From Octopus bimaculoides (lineage: Eukaryota): a stretch of DNA of 38,204 nt. Below are positions 1-9,460 of the stretch, one piece after another (within the stretch, counting starts at the first letter, position 1; every line of letters starts with the position of its first letter). The stretch spans positions 6,207,749 to 6,245,952 of the forward strand of contig NC_068981.1 of NCBI RefSeq assembly GCF_001194135.2, written 5' to 3'. Below the pieces are notes generated by a model. The model was given only the letters and a program-made list of their open reading frames with translations, was not told where the DNA came from and did no database searches. The position numbers and the translations under genes were made by a program.

Positions 1-83
1 AAGCTCTACTTTGTAATTTGTCCATTTTCTGTATTTAGCCCTGTGTGGCTATAATAAAAAGATATCTATCTATCTATCTATCC

Positions 84-135
<52 letters not shown>

Positions 136-139
136 GTAT

Positions 140-338
140 ATCTAGTGGGAGAATGTACGAAAAAAAAAAAACAACCACAGACGAGGACAAGTGGTGTAAA
201 CAACAAAAGGATGTATTAGTTTGACGCTCGGGAATACAGAAAGTCTTTAACGTTTCGAGCTACGCTCTTCAACAGAAAGAATACGGAGAAAACAAGGAGA
301 AAAACACAGAGTAAAAAATTGAATGGTGTTTGGTCAGC
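140..338 (-). mobile_element. Short non-coding interspersed repeat carrying a hammerhead-like motif (Penelope pseudo-LTR or retrozyme-like); second copy at about 9300-9460
   Basis: The reverse complement reads ...ttctttctgttgaagagcgtagctcgaaacgttaaagactttctgtattcccgagcgtcaaactaatacatccttttgttgtttacacc. This aligns by eye to 9355-9445 (ctttctgtcgaagagcgtaggctcgaaacgtaaaagactttctcacttcccgagcgttaaactaatacatctgtttgttgtttacac). The homology is seen directly; the element class is inferred. Confidence 0.6.
244..280 (-). ncRNA. Minimal type-I hammerhead-ribozyme-like motif (core variant)
   Basis: On the minus strand: stem I TCTTT/AAAGA, core CTGTTGAA, stem II GAGC-GTA-GCTC, GAAA, palindromic stem III AC/GT, cleavage triplet GUU. 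Confidence 0.45.
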
Positions 339-339
339 G

Positions 340-426
<87 letters not shown>

Positions 427-1469
427 GTACTCGTCTCTAAGATGGAGACTAGTAACAACGTCCCATGTGGCAGGTTTGATAATTGCTGAGAATTATCTGT
501 ATGAAACCAATGGTAGCCNNNNNNNNNNNNNNNNNNNNNNNNNNNNNNNNNNNNNNNNNNNNNNNNNNNNNNNNNNNNNNNNNNNNNNNNNNNNNNNNNN
601 NNNNNNNNNNNNNNNNNNNNNNNNNNNNNNNNNNNNNNNNNNNNNNNNNNNNNNNNNNNNNNNNNNNNNNNNNNNNNNNNNNNNNNNNNNNNNNNNNNNN
701 NNNNNNNNATATATATATATATATATATATAGCTATATATAATTACATGTATGTATGTATATACACACACACATAAATTTATATATACATTTATATGTAT
801 ATATATTTATATGGAAAAGGATACGTGGCGTTCGATTGTATAATAATATAAATAATGTATATATACATACACATACAATTCACTATATGCTCCTTTTCGC
901 CTGGAGGGAAACCACTTTGTGCGTAAAACCAAGATGAGGAACAGTGAGAGAGCGTGTGAGAGAGAAAGAAAGGGAACGAGAGAGGAGGGAGAGAGGGAGA
1001 AGGAGAGTGTATTTGGAGGATGAGAGTGGGAAGGAGCGACATGTCTGGCGTCCGTCAATGTATTATAAAAAGTAGCTAAGTCTTGCTAAAACCAAAACCT
1101 ACGGTCTTAATACAAAGGAAGTACATATGTTATGTAGCGCGAGACATAATATGGCTGAAGAAAAAAGACAAGATGGCTACTGATGGAAGGTCTTTAATGA
1201 TCGGATGCTGGATCCAAATGACAACAGCAACGAAACACGTGTAATGGGTGACATGGTGGAGGGAAAGAAGGAAGAAGAAAACTACTGAAGCATAACCGGT
1301 GTCGTAGCTTTTGGTGTTGATGGGAATAACGCTGAAGTTGAAGAAAAAGTCTTTGGGTGCAGCTGCGTTGAATAGGAATGGAAAGAACTAGAAACCTATT
1401 AGAAGACTGTACCTCATGGACAGTCTCTCTATCTCTCTCTCTCTCCCTCTCTGTCCCTTTAGGAACCAC

Positions 1470-1700
1470 TTGGAGAACACAGATGAAAAATGGGCTTGAC
1501 TGAATGCTGTAGGAATTAAAGAGGAACCCCATGCCGTTATAGTGGCTGCACAAGAAGGAGCTATTAAAATGAATTTAGTTAAAACAAACATTGCCGAAGG
1601 TCAGCTTCACAGAAAGTGTTGAATTTAGGGTTAACGTAGATGAAAGTGTCAAAAGTTGTAGGGTGTCAATGTAGCGTGACAACGAAAAACATATTAAAGG
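1470..1700 (+). mobile_element. Heavily decayed R4/Dong-clade non-LTR retrotransposon fragment (region leading into the CCHC knuckle)
   Basis: Manual translation gives KWA*LNAVGIKEEPHAVIVAAQEGAIKMNLVKTNIAEGQLHRKC, then DESV and VGC in shifted frames. This matches the R4/Dong pattern W.WL...G.K.ETE..I.AAQE.A..TN..K..I......CR.C...ETV.H..SGC. Confidence 0.55.
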
Positions 1701-2158
1701 GAAAATACAGGAGAGCAAAAGAGGGGGGTGAAAAAAAACAACATATATTGTAAGTGGGGTTGTATGAGATTGGGGCTGAACGGGGTAGATGAAAGGTTAT
1801 GCCAAGTGCAGCTGGAAGTGGTTATTAAAAATGACTCGTGTGTTTTAAAGGATTTCCTAAAAGAAACTACAAGACAAAAACAAACGCTCACCTGAATTGT
1901 GGGGATGGAAACGAAATATGAGGGTTATTAAAGAAAACGTTATGGAACACTTAATAATGGAATTGGTTGCATTTTACGATACGGACAGTGAGGAGGGGAA
2001 GAATTTGTCGTTGCTGATATAACAGAAAAATGACCCCGGAACGCAAATCAACAAGTAGATATATACGCAAACATGTTACATTCGTATAAAGGCGTGTACA
2101 AAACTTTAAAATACCCACAAATTCGTACAAGCAAACATGAACACGCACACACATACAT

Positions 2159-2213
<55 letters not shown>

Positions 2214-2852
2214 ATTAAAGAGGAAGAATGGAGAATTGGTAAGGATGTGAAATTAATTTATTAACATACTGCCAAATTTTATATCCTTACAACTTTTTAT
2301 TCTTCTTCCTTAATCATATTTATACTTATAATAATCCCATATATATCGAAGAGATATCCCTCAACGGTGTTGGTGATTAAAACCAGTGAAATTTCGNNNN
2401 NNNNNNNNNNNNNNNNNNNNNNNNNNNNNNNNNNNNNNNNNNNNNNNNNNNNNNNNNNNNNNNNNNNNNNNNNNNNNNNNNNNNNNNNNNNNNNNNNNNN
2501 NNNNNNNNNNNNNNNNNNNNNNNNNNNNNNNNNNNNNNNNNNNNNNNNNNNNNNNNNNNNNNNNNNNNNNNNNNNNNNNNNNNNNNNNNNNNNNNNNNNN
2601 NNNNNNNNNNNNNNNNNNNNNNNNNNNNNNNNNNNNNNNNNNNNNNNNNNNNNNNNNNNNNNNNNNNNNNNNNNNNNNNNNNNNNNNNNNNNNNNNNNNN
2701 NNACAGGACGTCACCAACAGTAAACAACATGAAATACGAAAACAAATGAGTTAAATACGCAAACAACGAGAGAAAAAAATGGAAAACAGGACAAGTAACA
2801 CAAAGAACGACCCTTCATCAATTGTAGGCTGTCTATCTACTCCTCATATCGA

Positions 2853-2898
<46 letters not shown>

Positions 2899-2904
2899 CT
2901 TTTG

Positions 2905-3483
2905 ATAACTTGTGTATGTTTCGGCCAGTATAGGCCCAGGCCATATCTAACTTAATAGCCCCACCTAGTGAAGTCTATTAGTCATATATGGGGCTCCATG
3001 GCCCACTCTAGCAAACAGTTATTATTGTTGGAGACATATCCGGGTGTAGGAGGTTAGTCTGGGATTTTTTGAAGAAATTTGACCAGTGAGCATTCGAATT
3101 TTATGGGATCCGTTTCCATTTTGACGTACTTTGGTATGGTATTAAAGAGAGACGAACCAGTTGAGGTTAAGTAATTGTGACGTTATGTTGCTATGTGTAC
3201 CGAGTTCGATTTTTGTAGTGGACGGCTAGCACGGGGGCCAAGTCTTGGATGGACTTTAAAATTGATGCCAACATCATTTGTGTAATATTGATGGAATATC
3301 TTCCACATGATACAAATGATGTAGCGCTCCCTGCGGCGTTGGAAAGAATAGAGATTGAGCTTTTTAGCCGACTCCAATAGTCAATGCCTCTCATGCTGTC
3401 TATCTTTCTTGTTATTGACCCCTGGAGAACTTCTACTTTCATAATGAGTTGTTTCGTATGGGGGGATGGACCACAGTGGGCGT
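2905..3483 (-). mobile_element. 5'-truncated CR1/L2-group LINE 3' end (RT C-terminus, 3' UTR and terminal stem-loop), pseudogenised
   Basis: Minus-strand translation: PLWS..PHTKQLIMKVEVLQGSITRKIDSMRGIDYWSRLK, frameshift in an A-run, KLNLYSFQRRRERYIICIMWKIF...LGPRA...*RHNYLTSTGSSLFNTIPKY...KFECSLVKFLQKIPD*PPTPGYVSNNNNCLLEWA. The exact clade is not resolved. Confidence 0.85.
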
Positions 3484-3593
3484 AGGTTCATCTGGGACTA
3501 TCGACAGGAAAAGATCCAGTTTTGTTTTGAAAACATCTACTTTGTGTAGGTCCCTCAGGGTCTTTGGGAGAATATTAAAAAGCTGTGGGTCCA
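3482..3593 (-). mobile_element. C-terminal fragment of a second, different CR1/L2-group LINE family
   Basis: DPQLFNILPKTLRDLHKVDVFKTKLDLFLSIVPDEP matches the GP.LFN.LP...R......FK.KLD.FL..VPD.P motif at the end of ORF2. Confidence 0.75.
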
Positions 3594-3610
3594 TATATAT
3601 ACATACACCT

Positions 3611-3911
<301 letters not shown>

Positions 3912-4464
3912 GTTGTAAATAATCTAAGAAAAATGTCGGAGAGAATGCAATAAGTTGTGGTTGTGAGGTCTGGCACCTGTTTAAAGAACATCGGAGTGGT
4001 TAGAAAAAGCAAAGAGGTAAAAGGAAAAAAAAAGAAGCTATCTGTCATCTTTGCTTTCAGTCATTGGAGATAAGGAAGAAAAAGAGGAGTAATGTTTTGA
4101 AGTGGTTGCTTTGCCCGTCTTGTTTCTGTTCGCATGAGTGGAATCTGAAATAATAAGAGGTCAACAGCTGTAAGTCCTGTCATGGGATGCTCTCATTCAA
4201 GTGTGTTGCACCTGTCAGTTAACGGTCACACCGAAGCCATCCGCGCCATTGAGAAAAAAAAAACAAACCCAAAAAACAAAAAAACAAAACGACGTAAATT
4301 CACATTAAAAGAAAATTAAATGCTTGCTTACCTGTCTCCGCACCTGCATAATTGTTCTCAAATTTAGTAGGAAGCCTTGGATACATGTTAGAAGGATATA
4401 GAATAACAGGTTATGATGGATTATGCATTCCTTACTGCCTACTGGCTCTCTTCTCTTTCTCCTC

Positions 4465-4465
4465 T

Positions 4466-4508
<43 letters not shown>

Positions 4509-5140
4509 AATATATGTATGTGTTTATATATAAATATAGTCATTTTCCTCACCATATTTTCCTTCCTTCCATCCCCCCTCTCTCTTTCTCTCTCTCTCTC
4601 TATATATGTATGTATATATAAATATAAATATAAGTAAACATATATATACACATATATACACATATACATATATATATGCATGCACATATATACATATACA
4701 TATATATATATATGTGTTTATGCAATCAGAGATATGCATGCATCTATGTGTATACACGCGCGCGCACATGCAAATATATATACATATACATATATATATA
4801 TGTGTATATATATATATATATATATGTATATACATATATATATAAGTACGTATATATACATATACATATACACATACATATACATACATACATTCATTCA
4901 TACATACATATATATATATACATATACACATACATATACATACATACATTCATTCATACATACATATATATATACATATACACATACATATACATACATA
5001 CATTCATTCATACATACATATATATACGTATATATATGTATACACACACGCACACGCACACGCACACGCACACACACACACACGCACACACACGCACACG
5101 CACACACACGCACACACACACATACGCACCCATATATGTA
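4465..5140. repeat. Compound (TG)n/(CT)n/(TA)n/(CATA)n/(CA)n microsatellite field, including a three-copy 54-56-bp higher-order unit at 4871-5026
   Basis: The unit cacatacatatacatacatacattcattcatacatacata(ta)n starts at 4871, 4927 and 4981. Confidence 0.9.
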
Positions 5141-5867
5141 GCAAAACAAAACCCGAGAGCTTCTACGATCAACCTAATAGAAATAGCAGCTAAACCTACT
5201 TAAACAAAATCCTAGCGTCGTAGGAAGGACACATTTGACTGTAGTCCTAGACATTCTCAAAAAGCTCTGCTAGTCATGGGTGTTCACGATAACACCTCCA
5301 CCCTCAATTATAAACCGATATTTATTTGGGATATTCTGCTACCAGAACAATTAATCCGATGATTCCAGAGAGACCGGCATTTACTTTAACTCTCCAATGT
5401 TCATACTTTAGGAGAGGAAGTCCATTAATTAGTCAAGATCCTGCTACTTCCTTTTGACAAATATTTCTTCAAAGTGTCTTTCGTTTTCTTCCATTAACAC
5501 ACTTCCTCTGCGTAATTATGAATCTCTTCCTACCGTAAATGATATTTAAATGGAGGGAATGAAATATTTCCGTGCTTGGAGACGAAGGTCGTTTGACAGC
5601 TCCCCATTTATCGGCTCTCAAGTTGATCTACGAAATATCTACACCCTAAACAAGACATATGGTACCCTCAAAGACAATCGACTGCTCTATCCCTTGCAAG
5701 AGAAAATACAACCTAAATCCTTGCATTGACTGTTGGAGCTCATTTTGTCCTTATTTCTTTTTATCTTATTTTCCTCGCATAAAGCAAACACAATCATTCG
5801 TTAAAATAACAATTTTGACATTGCACTCCACGTCACATTCAAATATTCCGCGTCTGCTATTACACAT

Positions 5868-6090
5868 CTATTACTTGTTCAATAATTTGACAGCGGCCAT
5901 GTTAGAGCACCACCTTTAGTCGAACAAATCGACCCCACTAGGACTTATTCTTTGTAAGCTTAGTACTTATTCTATCGGTATCTTTTGCCGAACCGCTAAG
6001 TTACGGGAACACAAACATACCGACATCGGTTGTCAAGCGATGGTGGGAAGGGGAACAAATACAGACACACAAATACACACATATATACAT
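5868..6090 (-). mobile_element. 3' half of the bipartite tRNA-derived SINE (family A)
   Basis: Contains tttagtcgaacaaatcgacccc...ttattctttgtaagcttagtacttattctatcgg...gccgaaccgctaagttacggg...tcggttgtcaagcga, near-identical to 23893-24095 and 32562-32680. Confidence 0.85.
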
Positions 6091-6285
6091 TTCATTACAC
6101 ACCCTGGTTCCCCTATATAAAGAAATAACCCGTAAATATTTCCCTAGATCATTGCTAGTTCACTCTTTTGCCTTTCGACTTCAAACTCCACGCTACAAGA
6201 TGGTATGATTCTAATACATTGAGCCTTCTGGCCTCGTCTCGAGGCCCTGTTCTTTCCTCTTCCCTTCGTTTTATGCATTTGTATT

Positions 6286-6401
6286 CACTCTGATGAAGCT
6301 CCATGTACTACATCGAATGTGCTATGAAGATGGCGAATATTATTTTCGGATCTTCTTTCGTAAGCACCGACTAACATTATCAGCGGAAACGGCCGTAAGA
6401 C
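6286..6401 (+). ncRNA. Hammerhead-like motif with a long stem-II insert
   Basis: CTGATGA at 6290-6296, then A-GCT...AGC-G (6297-6300 and 6382-6385), GAAAC at 6386-6390, palindromic stem III ACGGCCGT and a GUA triplet (6395-6397). Stem I is only 2 bp in this copy. Confidence 0.35.
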
Positions 6402-6504
6402 ATGTTATGTCATGTTTTGTATTAAAAAATAATCAACCGATGTTGGTCAATTTGTTTGTTGATCAAACGTTTTCTCCATTTTTTGCTTATATATATATAT
6501 GTGT

Positions 6505-6617
6505 GTGTGTGTTTTCGTCTACTAATTCCACTCACAAGACTTTATTTGGCCCGAGGCTATAGAAGAAGACATTTGCCCAAGGTGCCAAGCAGTGGGACTG
6601 CACCCAGAATCATGTTT
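6505..6617 (-). mobile_element. 5' half (tRNA-related head region, truncated) of SINE family A
   Basis: ccactcacaagac...ggcccgaggctatagaagaagacatttgcccaaggtgccaagcagtgggactgcacccagaatcatgt is homologous to 32810-32930 and to the reverse complement of 16170-16275. Confidence 0.8.
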
Positions 6618-6974
6618 AACTAGTTTTTGTTTTGTCTATCATTACCGTTATATCAACAATTGTATAGGGATTTGTTAATCTCTTAATCTCCTTATTACTG
6701 TATGACGTTGATTCTAGCTCAACCACTCGCAACACATTAAATGTGATAATTTTTCTACATCTCTCGCGTAAAAGTAGACGGGTCACACATCACATCGATT
6801 TCGTCTTTCGTTGTCAATCCAATAACAGAATCCGCTTTACTATTGACTATTTTATAACAATGTCCTGCGCCAGTATTCCATATATCTTGGTAGGAAATGT
6901 AAACGCTTTACATATCATATACTTACCACACAATTCAAACTTTACACTCCATATGTATCTTAATATGTATTGTA

Positions 6975-7048
<74 letters not shown>

Positions 7049-7068
7049 ATATCTGTCTATCTATCTGA
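6975..7068. repeat. (CTAT)n array
   Basis: Read directly. Confidence 0.95.
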
Positions 7069-7070
7069 AT

Positions 7071-8675
7071 ATCTCCGTCTTTGTAAAGCGAGGAGCAGTG
7101 GAACTGCTAAAGAAAAATCTAAACAAGGGGAACGTCATAGATAACTTCAGGCTCATCACTCAGCTCAACGCAGATTTGAAAATTTTGGCCAAGGTGTTAG
7201 CCGAGAGGTTGGCACTTATCATCGAGAAACTAGTCGACAAGGCGCAAACGTACGCCGTGCCGGGTATGAGTATCCACGACAACCTCCATCTGGTGCGCTA
7301 CATCATAGACAGGGTAGTTAAGGATCCTGGCAACCTTTCGATAGAGTAGACCATCAGTACTTGGAGGTTGTCCTTAAAGCGGCTGGTTTCGGTCCCATCT
7401 TCCGCGGTTGGATCGCTGCCTTACACAGCGGCATCCACTCGGTAGTTCACGTAAATGGTCATCTATCCAGACCATTTAACATCATGCGTTCGGTTCGTCA
7501 AGGATGCCCCCTCTCGTCGCTTCTGTACGTATTGACTCTCGAGCCACTAATGCGGAAGCTGGTGACGCTGAGAGGCATCCCACGAGAGCTGGGATGTGGG
7601 ACGAGCGTGTCTGCATACGCGGACGACGTCACCGTCATAGTGTCGAGCCAAAAGCACATCGAGCTGGTCGGCGAGAGACTAAAAGAATACGAAGCGGTAA
7701 CGGGAGCAAAAACTAACCGGGATAAGTCAGTGGGCTTGCGGCTCGGCACCTGGAGAAGCAAGCCCATGCCGTCTAACAGCGTCTCCATCGTGGGACGCTG
7801 TTAGAGGGACCGGTTAAATTTCTCGGAGTCTGGTTCAGTCCGGACCTCCAAATGNNNNNNNNNNNNNNNNNNNNNNNNNNNNNNNNNNNNNNNNNNNNNN
7901 NNNNNNNNNNNNNNNNNNNNNNNNNNNNNNNNNNNNNNNNNNNNNNNNNNNNNNNNNNNNNNNNNNNNNNNNNNNNNNNNNNNNNNNNNNNNNNNNNNNN
8001 NNNNNNNNNNNNNNNNNNNNNNNNNNNNNNNNNNNNNNNNNNNNNNNNNNNNNNNNNNNNNNNNNNNNNNNNNNNNNNNNNNNNNNNNNNNNNNNNNNNN
8101 NNNNNNNNNNNNNNNNNNNNNNNNNNNNNNNNNNNNNNNNNNNNNNNNNNNNNNNNNNNNNNNNNNNNNNNNNNNNNNNNNNNNNNNNNNNNNNNNNNNN
8201 NNNNNNTCCATATGCTGTCAACACCCGCTAAATGGAGGGCTAGGCGTGCCGTGGTTAATGATGCGCAGACATGCGCTGAGACTTCGACATCTACGGCGCT
8301 TCATAGACGAAGGTGAACAGGTGTGGTCGCCGTTCGTGCGGCGCGCTGTCCCGCAGCTCGTCTCCTTGGCCGAACTGCTGTCGTGGATCAAACAGAGACC
8401 GAGGCTAGGCGAATGGCACCGCGCGCGTCGTGTTGCTCTCAAGCAACTCTGCCGTCCGGGACCAAACTTGTGCGACTTCATTACAACAAAGGCGTTCTAT
8501 AGAGGATTAGTGGAGGGTAGGTGCGACGACGTTCTCGGGCAGAATCTGGGCATCGACGAGGAACATCTGATCCGACTGTTCAGGACAACTTTCGGGCCGG
8601 GACCTATGGACAAGCACCAAAGATCCCTGGCCTGGCAGTGCTATCGAGAAGCATTATCTGTTGGGGATAAGCTCT
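7071..8675 (+). mobile_element. L1-clade (Tx1-like) non-LTR retrotransposon ORF2 fragment: reverse transcriptase and downstream region, decayed and split by a gap
   Basis: Motifs: NFRLITQLNADLKILAKVLAERL, Q..AVPG.SIHDNLHL, FDRVDHQYL (after a deletion and frameshift near 7330), RSVRQGCPLS (around 7499-7516), SAYADDVT (YADD at 7616-7627), GAKTNRDKS, LGVWFGPDLQ. After the gap: MPWLMMRRHALRLRHL...QRSLAWQCYREALSVGDKL. The segment is richer in GC than its flanks. Confidence 0.93.
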
Positions 8676-9159
8676 GCTGTTGGAACGTCTTTGACAATTG
8701 AACTACTTCACAGATTATAACAGATGTTAAAAAACCCAGCTCAACGACAACATCAACAACAACAAACGTTAATGTCTAATTGGATGAGTTGACCAAACCG
8801 TGCAGATGTTTGTAAATTTACTAAAGTTCGAAATGGAATCGAAATCAGTTTTAGATTAGAATCAGAGAAAGAATCGTCTTTGCATCTGTTTGGAAATGGT
8901 GTGGTGCTAATTATCTGCACAGTTGTGAACACCAAAACTAATCAAGTAATAAATTTAATTATTCTTCAATTCCATCCATCGACAAGTGGATCTTCACCCA
9001 GACCGCCGTCGCACCCTCCCCCACCTCACATTCACTAATCAAAAAAAAGACAACACAAAAATCAAATAACAAATAAACAAACAAAACTACATGCGAGATG
9101 ACACACTTTCAAGTCTTCTTTCGACTTTGTAGTTCAATATTAGACTCTCAAATTATTTC

Positions 9160-9207
9160 CTCCTCCTCCTCCTCCTCCTCTGTAGTCGTCGTCGTCGTCG
9201 TCGTTGT

Positions 9208-9251
<44 letters not shown>

Positions 9252-9305
9252 TTCTTCTTCTTCTTCTTTTCACCACCACCAACCACTGTCACTATCATCA
9301 CCACC
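9160..9305. repeat. Compound trinucleotide repeat (TCC, GTC, GTT, CTT, ACC, ATC)
   Basis: Read directly. Confidence 0.95.
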
Positions 9306-9460
9306 ATTTATATATGCCCTTTTTAAAATTTTCTCTCCCTGTTTATTTCTGTGTTCCTTTCTGTCGAAGAGCGTAGGCTCGAAACGTAAAAGACTTTCTC
9401 ACTTCCCGAGCGTTAAACTAATACATCTGTTTGTTGTTTACACACCCATCTTCGTCTTTT
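9300..9460 (+). mobile_element. Second copy of the hammerhead-bearing short repeat (see 140-338), running into an N gap
   Basis: Aligns by eye with the reverse complement of about 170-335. Confidence 0.65.
9357..9392 (+). ncRNA. Minimal type-I hammerhead-ribozyme-like motif (core variant)
   Basis: Stem I CTTT (9357-60) pairs with AAAG (9389-92). Core CTGTCGAA (9361-68), stem II GAGC-GTAG-GCTC (9369-80), GAAAC (9381-85), GUA triplet (9386-88). Confidence 0.5.

Larger units (their letters stand above)
63..424. repeat. Two (CTAT)n tetranucleotide arrays (about 63-135 and 339-424) flanking a roughly 200-bp interspersed repeat
   Basis: Read directly. The YLSIYLSI ORFs here are translations of the repeat. 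Confidence 0.95.

Noticed and set aside
2380-2830. Possible third hammerhead on the minus strand: TTGATGAAGGG at 2811-2821, with CGAAATTTC across the gap at about 2388-2396
   Set aside because: The two halves are separated by 306 N, and I could not form stem I or a valid stem III.
8790-9039. Met-less 83-codon + frame (PNRADVCKFTKVRNG...) and the overlapping 60-aa minus ORF
   Set aside because: No recognisable motif, ambiguous splice signals, and a length expected by chance.
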